Origin: Candidatus Latescibacterota bacterium
GTDB taxonomy: Bacteria; Latescibacterota; UBA2968; UBA8231
Reading direction: 5' to 3'
Length of the DNA: 64,000 nt
Assembly (NCBI GenBank): GCA_965204725.1
Contig: OZ242005.1
Location: forward strand, 4,736,001-4,800,000
Shown here: in pieces, positions 48,572 through 56,754 of the stretch
Position numbering within the stretch: the stretch's first letter is position 1
Layout of the letters: every line of letters starts with the position of its first letter
Notes under the pieces: generated by a model
The model's database searches: none
Seen by the model: the letters and a program-made list of their open reading frames with translations, nothing else
What the model was told of the DNA's origin: nothing
Translations under genes and position numbers: made by a program

Positions 48572-48803
48572 TAGCTTTCCTCATCGAGATAATTCTCGTA
48601 ATAGCACCTCGCTGGGTATGTGCGACGACAACGACACGTCCCCGTAGGGAACCGAGGGTGATGAAACGCCGCTCGCCATAGTCTTGGCGCTCGTCGGGGA
48701 TGGTCACCGTGATGTCGGCAAAGACAGCGGCGGCGACCTCAAAGTCGATCCCGTGTTTGGCAAAATTGGTTTGCCGCTTGAGCTCATCCCACTCGAATCG
48801 CAT
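48510..48803 (-). CDS. brnT: BrnT-family toxin
   Basis: FEWDE.K...N..KHGIDF, YGERR, RIISMRKA. Confidence 0.92.
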   Translation of the reverse strand: MRFEWDELKRQTNFAKHGIDFEVAAAVFADITVTIPDERQDYGERRFITLGSLRGRVVVVAHTQRGAITRIISMRKANEREQRIYQAHTQAAGRDGG

Positions 48804-48885
48804 AAATAAATGTAACTACAATTCATAGCTACGAAAAAGGGGACCAGCCGTTTTCCGGTCCATCTCGTTGCAGGGACATTTCATT

Positions 48886-50223
48886 ATGAGCTTTAAGCAT
48901 CGTCTAATGCAAGGGTATCGCGCCTTTCGCACGCGGGTCGTGGTGCGCGTCGCCCTCCTCGGCGTCACCTTGTGGCTGCTGTTCTACGCAATAGAAGAGG
49001 CGAACCATCCGGCCATCGTCGTCGTCGTCCTCGCCCTGCTCTATCAGACCTACGCCCTCGTTCACTACGTCGAGCGCACCAACCGCGACTTGGCGCGCTT
49101 TTTGGCCGCCATCCGCTACGCCGATTTCTCGCAGAACTTTGTCTCCGGCGGCCTCGGCACCTCTTTTGACGAACTCAAGACCGCGTTCAATGAGGTCCTC
49201 GACGCCTTTCGCCAAGCGCGAGCCGAAAAGGAGGAACAAGCGCACTACCTGCAAACGGTCGTGCAACACATTGGCATCGGCTTGATTGTGTTCGACAGCG
49301 ACGGCGAGGTGTCGCTGATCAACAACGCGGCCAAGCGTCTTTTGGGAGTGCCTCGCTTGGGCCACATCGCCGACCTCAACCGCGTCAATCCCATCCTAAC
49401 CACTACCCTGCAAAACCTCGGCCCCCAAGGCCGCGACTTGGTGGGCTTTGCCGAGATTCAGCTCGCCCTCCACGCATCGGTGTTCCGCCTGAGCCACCGC
49501 GAGCACACCCTAGTCGCCCTCCACGATATTGGCCCGGACCTCGACGAAAAGGAAATGGAGGCTTGGCAAAACCTAATCCGCGTACTCACCCACGAGATCA
49601 TGAATTCCATCACTCCGATCGCTTCGCTGGCCGCGACCGCGGACGGAATGCTAAAAGAGGACATCCTCGACGCCGAGGCCACCGAAGACATCCGCAACGC
49701 AGTGAGCACGATCCAACGCCGCAGCGAGGGCCTGCTGCACTTTGTCGAAGCCTACCGCGGCCTCACCCGCGTACCAGCGCCCTCCTTTGAGATTGTCTCA
49801 GTGGCCGACCTGTTCGCCCGAGTGGAGCAGCTAATGCGGCCCCAGTTCGTCAAGTCCGCTGTCGAATTGCGGATTCAAGTTGATCCGCCCAGCCTCGAAT
49901 TGACCGCCGACCCCGAGCAAGTCGAGCAGATCCTCATCAATCTGCTGAGCAATGCCCGCGAAGCCACCGCCCACCGCGCTAGGGCCGGTGTTGACCTGAC
50001 CGCTCATCTAGCGCACGACAAGGTCGTCGTCGAGGTCGCGGACAATGGGTCGGGGATCGTCGAAGAAGCCCTCGGCAAGGTTTTCATTCCCTTCTTCACG
50101 ACCAAGCGCGACGGCTCCGGCATCGGGCTGAGCCTGTGCCGCCAGATCATGCGGCTCCACCGCGGGTCCATCTCTGTCCGCTCGGAGCCGGGAGTGCGGA
50201 CGGTGTTTGCGTTGCGATTTTGA
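48886..50223 (+). CDS. Sensor histidine kinase (PAS-like + HisKA + HATPase)
   Basis: LTHEIMNS, INLLSNA, DNGSG, FIPFFTTK, GSGIGL. Confidence 0.93.
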   Translation: MSFKHRLMQGYRAFRTRVVVRVALLGVTLWLLFYAIEEANHPAIVVVVLALLYQTYALVHYVERTNRDLARFLAAIRYADFSQNFVSGGLGTSFDELKTAFNEVLDAFRQARAEKEEQAHYLQTVVQHIGIGLIVFDSDGEVSLINNAAKRLLGVPRLGHIADLNRVNPILTTTLQNLGPQGRDLVGFAEIQLALHASVFRLSHREHTLVALHDIGPDLDEKEMEAWQNLIRVLTHEIMNSITPIASLAATADGMLKEDILDAEATEDIRNAVSTIQRRSEGLLHFVEAYRGLTRVPAPSFEIVSVADLFARVEQLMRPQFVKSAVELRIQVDPPSLELTADPEQVEQILINLLSNAREATAHRARAGVDLTAHLAHDKVVVEVADNGSGIVEEALGKVFIPFFTTKRDGSGIGLSLCRQIMRLHRGSISVRSEPGVRTVFALRF

Positions 50224-50245
50224 GCGGATCAGCGAGGGGAGACCG

Positions 50246-51271
50246 CTAGAATGCAACGGCGAGTTGCACCGTGGTCGTGCTGACTTGCTGGTTTGCGTAA
50301 TCCTCGTCTCGCACCCATTCGAGGGCTGGCGAGAACCACGTTGCCAATTCCACCGAGAGCCCGGCGAGCAACCGCCGCGTGGGCAGTTTTAGCGCCCGTG
50401 CTTCTTCCGTGCCCTGATAGCCGACGACTACCGTTGCCTCCCTGCCCGCAAGGCGGACAGCGCAAGCCGCTTCAAGCAACCAACTCGACGGTTGAGCGCC
50501 GCGACCGGCATACTCCACTTCGTGGGCTACAAAGTGCCCCAGCGAAGCTAGGTATTCGCCAGTCAGCGCTGCGTTTGCGTAACGCAGCTCAGTGCGGGCT
50601 GTCCAGCCGGGCACGCTATGGCGGCCCCGCGTATCGGCAATTACCTCTTGGAGAGCACCTGAAACACCGATGTCGCTGATATAGGACAGGTTTAGACCGA
50701 ACTCGGCCTCACCGCGCTCCAGCAAATAGCCAATTGCAGCACCGTAACCACCATTTTGGTCCTCATCGCCGTAGAAGCCGAAGATAGACCCGTGCAATCC
50801 GCCAGACGACAACCCCAATTGCAAGGCAAGCTCATTTGTTTCGCCGAGTTGGAGCGTCAGCGGATCGGAGATCAACGCGGGAGGCCAATTCGCAAATGGG
50901 ACGTATTGCTGACCAGCGGAGAAAAACCACGAGCCTTCCGGCGGCCCAATGGTCAGGCTGGCACTGTCGAGCGCGACTTGCTCGGCTTCCTCCAGCCCAA
51001 TGTCCTCTTCCTCGTACAGCAGGGTGGCCCCGGCCCCAATCCAGTCGTTTAGTTCCGCCTCGACCACAAGCTCGGCTTGCCCCACGCCGACCCCCGCGGC
51101 GCGGTCTCCTTCGTCCAGGTGCCGATAGACCCCTTCGAGTTGGACCGTGCCGCCGATCTCCCACCCAACTTGCTCAGGCTGCACGGCCTCGGCCAGCCCC
51201 AGCCCGTGCCCGACCCATAAAACCGAGCCGACGAGGATGGAGCTTTTCCCCTTCATCGCTGGCTTGCTCAA
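50246..51271 (-). CDS. Outer-membrane beta-barrel, LbtU-like porin
   Basis: Signal peptide; LLYEE, GQQYVPF, ISDPLTLQLGET; C-terminal Phe. Confidence 0.72.
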   Translation of the reverse strand: MSKPAMKGKSSILVGSVLWVGHGLGLAEAVQPEQVGWEIGGTVQLEGVYRHLDEGDRAAGVGVGQAELVVEAELNDWIGAGATLLYEEEDIGLEEAEQVALDSASLTIGPPEGSWFFSAGQQYVPFANWPPALISDPLTLQLGETNELALQLGLSSGGLHGSIFGFYGDEDQNGGYGAAIGYLLERGEAEFGLNLSYISDIGVSGALQEVIADTRGRHSVPGWTARTELRYANAALTGEYLASLGHFVAHEVEYAGRGAQPSSWLLEAACAVRLAGREATVVVGYQGTEEARALKLPTRRLLAGLSVELATWFSPALEWVRDEDYANQQVSTTTVQLAVAF

Positions 51272-52110
51272 TCAAACAAAGCGAGCCAATCGTCCACGCT
51301 TTGGGCCACCGACTCGGGATAAGCTCGGCTGCGGGCGATAAAGCCGGGGACGCCGTCGCGGCCGCTGGGCTGAGCCGGGTCGCTGTAGCGCAGGTCGAGG
51401 CTCCAGCGGATGTGGTCGGAGTGGTTGGGGATGGAGCGGTGGATGGTTTTGTGCTGGATGAGCAGGACGCTGCCGACTTTGACCGGGCAGCTAACCTGCT
51501 CGCCGGGGGGCAGGTCCTGATTGGTGATGCCTTTGAAGTTGGCCCCCGGTCCCATGCCGTGCTCGTGGCCCATGAGTGGGACGCGGTGGCTGCCGGCAAT
51601 GACTTCCATACAGCCGTTGTCAAGAGTGGCATCGACCAAGGGGATCCAAAAATTGACCATGAAGGTCTCTTCGGCGTCAGGCTGCAAATAGCCCAAGTCT
51701 TGGTGCCAAGGCACCACCGTGGAGTCTTGGTTGGGCAATTTGGCGCGCAGGTTGAATTGCGGGTGGGCCATTATTTCGGGGCCGATCACCGATTCGACAA
51801 GGTCGAGCAGCGCCGGTTGGGTCAAAATGGCGAACATGCCCTCGGTTTTGAGCTTGCCGTTGACTTGGCGCAACAGCGGGGCGGGGTCGGCCAACTGGGC
51901 GTGGATGGGGATCAGGCGCTTGGCAAAGGGCAGGGCCGCGTGCAGGTCGGACAGTTCGCCGGCCGCGTGGGCCTGCTGGGCCGCGGCATCGACAAGCGCG
52001 TCGATTTCGGCGATGAGGCGGTCAAAGACCGCGGGGTCGAGGACATCCTCGACGAGGAGATAGCCTTCGGTGCGGTAGAAGTCGAGTTGATCGGAGGTGA
52101 GGCCGCTCAT
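51268..52110 (-). CDS. Phytanoyl-CoA dioxygenase (PhyH) family Fe(II)/2OG enzyme
   Basis: FYRTEGYL, PWHQD, NGCMEVIAGSH, HRS.PN.S...R.S. Confidence 0.92.
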   Translation of the reverse strand: MSGLTSDQLDFYRTEGYLLVEDVLDPAVFDRLIAEIDALVDAAAQQAHAAGELSDLHAALPFAKRLIPIHAQLADPAPLLRQVNGKLKTEGMFAILTQPALLDLVESVIGPEIMAHPQFNLRAKLPNQDSTVVPWHQDLGYLQPDAEETFMVNFWIPLVDATLDNGCMEVIAGSHRVPLMGHEHGMGPGANFKGITNQDLPPGEQVSCPVKVGSVLLIQHKTIHRSIPNHSDHIRWSLDLRYSDPAQPSGRDGVPGFIARSRAYPESVAQSVDDWLALFD

Positions 52111-52154
52111 CGGAGTTGTCCTTTGGCTGGGGGTGGATTGAGGTTGGGTTAATG

Positions 52155-52273
52155 CTAAGTACACGACACCAGCTTTAGTTCCCGATGAATCCGGGATCGA
52201 GGGCGTCCCGCCCTCGACGAGGGCAAGATGCCCTCGATCCTTGGAAGGCTGGCGGCAGGTGTCGTGTAGTAAG
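52155..52273. repeat. Composite repeat, copy 5 (both terminal motifs, no MITE)
   Basis: CTAAGTACACGACACCAG ... core 52193-52240 ... CAGGTGTCGTGTAGTAAG. Confidence 0.85.
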
Positions 52274-52320
52274 GGGTTAATGTACAGTTTTACCGAGGGG
52301 GTCAGCAAGCGCGGCCCGGC

Positions 52321-52348
52321 TTGACGGCATCGGCGTTCCTCGTATCTT
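52321..52348 (+). promoter_or_regulatory. Putative sigma-70 promoter for the aspS leader
   Basis: TTGACG-N16-TATCTT, about 10 nt before the leader ATG. Confidence 0.5.
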
Positions 52349-52357
52349 TAGCCCACT

Positions 52358-52423
52358 ATGATGACCCGTCAGAACAACCGCACGCCCAATAATAATCCAC
52401 TCGCCCCATTGCGCGTGTTCTGA
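52358..52423 (+). CDS. Asn-rich leader peptide 1 (MMTRQNNRTPNNNPLAPLRVF)
   Basis: Five Asn codons (AAC AAC; AAT AAT AAT) in a GC-rich background, followed by attenuator hairpins. Confidence 0.8.
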   Translation: MMTRQNNRTPNNNPLAPLRVF

Positions 52424-52445
52424 CGACTAACCCCAACCAAATCTC

Positions 52446-52487
52446 AAACCCGTCGCGAACACGCATCGCGGCGGGTTTTCTGTTTTT
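52446..52487 (+). terminator. Attenuator terminator 1
   Basis: AAACCCGTCGCGA-7 nt-TCGCGGCGGGTTT, then TCTGTTTTT. Confidence 0.85.
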
Positions 52488-52500
52488 AGGAGCGATTGCA

Positions 52501-52587
52501 ATGACATTCCAGCACCCGGCACGCGCCCTTTCGCATAACAACAACGACAATAACCCCGCCATTCGGGCTCGATGGCGTTGGCCGTGA
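52501..52587 (+). CDS. Asn/Asp-rich leader peptide 2 (MTFQHPARALSHNNNDNNPAIRARWRWP)
   Basis: AGGAG RBS at 52488-52492; codon run AAC AAC AAC GAC AAT AAC. Confidence 0.85.
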   Translation: MTFQHPARALSHNNNDNNPAIRARWRWP

Positions 52588-52610
52588 CCGGATTCCACCC
52601 TCACCCCAAC

Positions 52611-52643
52611 CCGCCGTTGAGCCTCGTGCCGACGGCGGTTTTT
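52611..52643 (+). terminator. Attenuator terminator 2
   Basis: CCGCCGTTG-10 nt-CGACGGCGG-TTTTT, 25 nt upstream of the aspS ATG. Confidence 0.82.
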
Positions 52644-52668
52644 CATGTACAGCCAACGGGAGGCTATC

Positions 52669-54429
52669 ATGCACCGCTATCGCACACACACCTGTGGCGA
52701 ACTCCGCCAGCACCACGCCGGCCAGACCACTCGCCTGAGCGGCTGGATACACCGCCGAAGGGATCACGGGGGCATCCTGTTTCTAGATCTGCGCGACCAC
52801 TACGGCCTCACCCAACTCGTGCTCGCGCCGGGAAACGACGTTGCGGCCACCGCAGCCAAGGTCCCCCGCGAATCCGTAATCCGCGTCGAGGGTGACGTGC
52901 GAAAGCGGTCGCCTGAGACCATCAACCGGGCGATGGAGACTGGCGAGATTGAAATCGCTGTCCGCGAATTGGCAGTGCTCTCGCCGGCCGAGCCGCTCCC
53001 CTTTGCCGTGGCCGAAGATCCCGAAGTGGGGGAGAGCACCCGGTTGTCCTATCGCTTCTTGGACCTGCGCCGAGCCGGGCTGCACCGCCGCATTCAGCTT
53101 CGCTCGGAGGTGATCGCCAGCATCAGACGACGCATGACGGGCATGGGTTTTGCCGAATTTCAGACGCCCATTCTCACCAGCAGTTCGCCCGAGGGCGCAC
53201 GCGATTACCTCGTACCGAGCCGGCTCTATCCCGGCGAGTTCTACGCGCTACCGCAAGCCCCTCAGCAGTTCAAGCAGCTCCTGATGGTGTCCGGCTTCGA
53301 CCGCTATTTCCAGATCGCGCCCTGCTTCCGCGACGAAGACGCCCGTGCCGACCGCTCCCCCGGCGAGTTCTACCAACTCGACCTCGAGATGGCCTTTGTC
53401 GAGCAGGAGGATGTCTTCGCGGTGATCGAGGAACTCTTTTATGGTCTGTTTCGCGAGTTCACTGCTTGGGAAGTGACCGCACCGCCGTTCCCGCGTCTTT
53501 CCCACGCCGACGCCATGCTGCGGTTCGGTACGGACAAACCAGACCTGCGCTTAGGACTCGAAATTCAGGACCTCTCCGACATATTCACGGAATCCTCGTT
53601 CAGGTTGTTCAGGGACATCGTGGCAGCCGGAGGAGTCGTCCGCGCCCTGTGCGTTCCCGGTCTAGAGGCGCAGCCGCGCTCGTTTTTTGGCAGCCTCGAA
53701 GCGTTCGTCCAAGAAGCAGGCGGCAAGGGGCTGGCGTACCTCATCAACGGAGTGCAACCCACAGGCTCAATCGCCGCAGCTTTGGAGCAGAGTGTACGCA
53801 ACCGCATTATCGAGGCGTGTGCCGCCGCTCCGGGGTCCGCTATTTTCTTCCTCGCCGGGCCGCCCGCCGAGGCAGCGGCCTTGGCGGGACGGTTGCGCCT
53901 GCATCTGGCGGACCGGCTCGATTTGCGTCGGGAGGGTTGCTATGAATTCTGCTGGGTCGTCGATTTTCCCATGTACGAATGGGATGCGGACCGCGCTGGT
54001 GTAGCCTTTGCACACAACCCGTTCTCCATGCCGCAGGGCGGTATGGCGGCCTTGGCGGACCAGCCGCCGCTGGCGATCAAGGCGTATCAGTACGACATCG
54101 TATGCAACGGCCTCGAACTGTCGAGCGGCGCCATCCGCAATCACCGGCCGGACATCATGTACAAGGCGTTTGAGCTGGCCGGGCACTCGCGGCGGGAAGT
54201 GGATCGCAGATTCGGGGGCATGATCCGCGCCTTTCGCTACGGCGCTCCACCGCACGGCGGCATCGCGCCCGGCATTGACCGCATCGTCATGCTGATAGCG
54301 GACGAACCGAACATCCGGGAGGTTATCGCCTTCCCGATGAGCCAGAACGCACAGGATCCGCTCATGGGCGCGCCGAGCAAGGTGTCGCCGGAGCAGTTGC
54401 GGGAGTTGCACCTAGCAGTCTGGGAGTGA
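52669..54429 (+). CDS. aspS: Aspartate--tRNA ligase (possibly non-discriminating Asp/Asn)
   Basis: YRTHTCGEL, RRDHGG, GARDYLVP, LPQAPQQFKQLLM, CFRDED, GAPPHGG.A.G.DR; GGGAGG RBS. Confidence 0.96.
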   Translation: MHRYRTHTCGELRQHHAGQTTRLSGWIHRRRDHGGILFLDLRDHYGLTQLVLAPGNDVAATAAKVPRESVIRVEGDVRKRSPETINRAMETGEIEIAVRELAVLSPAEPLPFAVAEDPEVGESTRLSYRFLDLRRAGLHRRIQLRSEVIASIRRRMTGMGFAEFQTPILTSSSPEGARDYLVPSRLYPGEFYALPQAPQQFKQLLMVSGFDRYFQIAPCFRDEDARADRSPGEFYQLDLEMAFVEQEDVFAVIEELFYGLFREFTAWEVTAPPFPRLSHADAMLRFGTDKPDLRLGLEIQDLSDIFTESSFRLFRDIVAAGGVVRALCVPGLEAQPRSFFGSLEAFVQEAGGKGLAYLINGVQPTGSIAAALEQSVRNRIIEACAAAPGSAIFFLAGPPAEAAALAGRLRLHLADRLDLRREGCYEFCWVVDFPMYEWDADRAGVAFAHNPFSMPQGGMAALADQPPLAIKAYQYDIVCNGLELSSGAIRNHRPDIMYKAFELAGHSRREVDRRFGGMIRAFRYGAPPHGGIAPGIDRIVMLIADEPNIREVIAFPMSQNAQDPLMGAPSKVSPEQLRELHLAVWE

Positions 54430-54452
54430 AAGTTGCTGGCCGATTCCGGTCA

Positions 54453-54586
54453 GAAGCGGTCTGCAAACTCTGGTGGTCGTCCCTTGGGTCTAAACGATCC
54501 CGGCTGGATTCCCGCCCCGTGTCGGGGCACGGGGTGACGTTCTTTTTACGGGAATGACGCCCCAAGGTGAGGTTTCAGACCGCTTC
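54453..54586. mobile_element. Diverged, inverted copy of the MITE
   Basis: Ends GAAGCGGTCTGCAAAC / GTTTCAGACCGCTTC flanked by TCA/TCA. The interior matches the reverse complement of 8808-8942, with the palindrome loop expanded. Confidence 0.75.
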
Positions 54587-54720
54587 TCAGGGAGCCCCGA
54601 GTCTTATCTTGCTGACCAATTCCGTTTGGGCGTTATTGGAAAAGTATAGCTCATCGCCTTGGCCGAAAATAAAATAAACAACCCGACCATGTCCCAATAC
54701 AGAGAGGCTGGAAGCACGCT

Positions 54721-56754
54721 ATGAAAGACGAGTTTTTCGAGCAGGACGAGGGACGGCAATCAGCGTTCATGCCTGACCACAGCTACTTTTCCAACCTGAT
54801 CTGGCATATCGCCGACCTGCTGCGCGGCCCTTACCGGCCGCCCCAGTACGAGCGCGTCATGCTGCCTATGACTGTGCTGCGGCGGTTCGACTGCGTACTC
54901 GCTCGGACCAAGCCCGATGTTCTGGCCGCGTACGATCTCTGGGGCGACAGGCTCCACGGCGATGCACTCGACATCAGACTGAACAGAGCCGCCGGCCAGC
55001 GCTTCCACAACCACTCGCCCCTCGACTTCGAGAAGCTCAAGGGCGATCCAGACAACATCGCCCCGCACCTCGTTAGCTACATCCACGGCTTTTCGGCCAA
55101 CGTGCGCCGCATCTTCGAGTACTTTGAATTTGAGGCGGAAATCGAGAAGATGCGCGAGGCCAATCTCCTGTACCTCGTCGTCTCAAAATTCTGCGACGTG
55201 GACCTACACCCCGCTAGCGTTCCGAACGAGCAGATGGGACACATCTTTGAGAACCTCATCCGCCGCTTCAACGAACTAGCCAACGAGACCGCCGGCGACC
55301 ACTTCACGCCGCGCGAGGTCATCCGGCTGATGGTGAGCATCCTCTTCATTCACGACGACGAACTGCTCGCCACGCCCGGAACCGTGCGTAAGCTCCTCGA
55401 CCCGGCTTGCGGCACCGGCGGCATGTTGGCCGAGGCGCAAAACTACTTGCGAGACCACCACAGTGCCGCCCGGCTCTACGTCTATGGGCAGGACTACAAC
55501 AATCGCGCCTTTGCTACCGCAGCCTCCGACATGCTGATGAAGCAGGTTGACCACAACGGCATCGGCGACAACGTCCGCTTTGGCGACAGCTTCACAGAAG
55601 ACCAATTTGAGGACGAGACCTTCGACTACTTTCTCACCAATCCGCCCTTCGGCGTGGACTGGAAGAAGCAGAAGCGGGCGATCCAAGATGAGCACGACAA
55701 GCTCGGCTTTGAGGGTCGCTTTGGTGCTGGGCTATCGCGCGTGAACGACGGCTCGCTGCTTTTCCTGCAACACATAATCCACAAGTTCGAGCCGGTGCGC
55801 CCGGACGAGCGTAAGCATGGCTCGCGCTTGGCTATCGTATTCAGCGGCTCGCCGCTCTTTACCGGCGGTGCTGGCTCCGGCGAGAGCAACATTCGCAAGT
55901 GGATCATTGAGAACGACTGGCTCGAAGCGATCATCGCCTTGCCGGAGCAGATGTTCTACAACACTGGCATCGGCACCTATGTCTGGATCGTCACCAATCG
56001 CAAAGAGGAGCAGCGGCGGGGGAAAATTCAGCTTCTCGACGCCCGCGACTTGTGGACCGCGGGCGGGAGCGCAGACAACAAACGCAGCCTTGGCGACAAG
56101 CGCCGCCACATCGCCGCAGAGCAGAGCGCGGAGATCGTTGCGCTATATGGCCGCTTTGAGGACGGTGACCGCTCCAAGATTTTCGACAACGACGACTTTG
56201 GTTACACGCGCGTGACCGTGGAGCGCCCCCTGCGCTTGCGTTACCAGATGACCATAGAAGACAAGGCCCGTTTTCTCGATGCCTGCCCGTACCTGCTCGA
56301 CGACGTGCAGGCCATTGACAAGGAGTTGGGACGCGAGCCATCGTCCGACTGGAATGCGACGTGGGAGCGCATCGCGGCTCTCCTGCATGAGCACCAATCG
56401 CGCTGGAAGAAGGTGGAACAGAAGCTCTTCCGAGATGTGTTCACAGAGAAGGATGCGGAGGCCGAGCCGGTCAGGAAGGATGGCCGAGAGAACAGCTACG
56501 AGCCCGACCCTGAACTGCGCGGCTTCGAGAATGTGCCGCTCAAGGACGACGTTGACGCCTATTTCGAGCGCGAGGTGCGCCCTCACGTCCCCGAGGCTTG
56601 GATGGACCGCGACAAGGACAAAATCGGTTACGAGATCAACTTCAACCGCCACTTCTACGAGTACACGCCGCCGCGCCCGTTGGAAGAGATTGACGGGGAT
56701 TTGAAGAAGGCGGAGGAGAAGATCGTGCGGCTACTGCGGGAGGTGGTGGGGTGA
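54721..56754 (+). CDS. hsdM: Type I RM methyltransferase subunit
   Basis: IWHIADLLRG, HFTPREV, DPACGTGG, NPPF, FYNTGI. Confidence 0.95.
   Translation: MKDEFFEQDEGRQSAFMPDHSYFSNLIWHIADLLRGPYRPPQYERVMLPMTVLRRFDCVLARTKPDVLAAYDLWGDRLHGDALDIRLNRAAGQRFHNHSPLDFEKLKGDPDNIAPHLVSYIHGFSANVRRIFEYFEFEAEIEKMREANLLYLVVSKFCDVDLHPASVPNEQMGHIFENLIRRFNELANETAGDHFTPREVIRLMVSILFIHDDELLATPGTVRKLLDPACGTGGMLAEAQNYLRDHHSAARLYVYGQDYNNRAFATAASDMLMKQVDHNGIGDNVRFGDSFTEDQFEDETFDYFLTNPPFGVDWKKQKRAIQDEHDKLGFEGRFGAGLSRVNDGSLLFLQHIIHKFEPVRPDERKHGSRLAIVFSGSPLFTGGAGSGESNIRKWIIENDWLEAIIALPEQMFYNTGIGTYVWIVTNRKEEQRRGKIQLLDARDLWTAGGSADNKRSLGDKRRHIAAEQSAEIVALYGRFEDGDRSKIFDNDDFGYTRVTVERPLRLRYQMTIEDKARFLDACPYLLDDVQAIDKELGREPSSDWNATWERIAALLHEHQSRWKKVEQKLFRDVFTEKDAEAEPVRKDGRENSYEPDPELRGFENVPLKDDVDAYFEREVRPHVPEAWMDRDKDKIGYEINFNRHFYEYTPPRPLEEIDGDLKKAEEKIVRLLREVVG

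Noticed and set aside
50836-52152. Long antisense ORFs (e.g. 438 aa here, 26089-27120, 15589-16584)
   Set aside because: Shadow frames of well-supported opposite-strand genes in GC-rich DNA.
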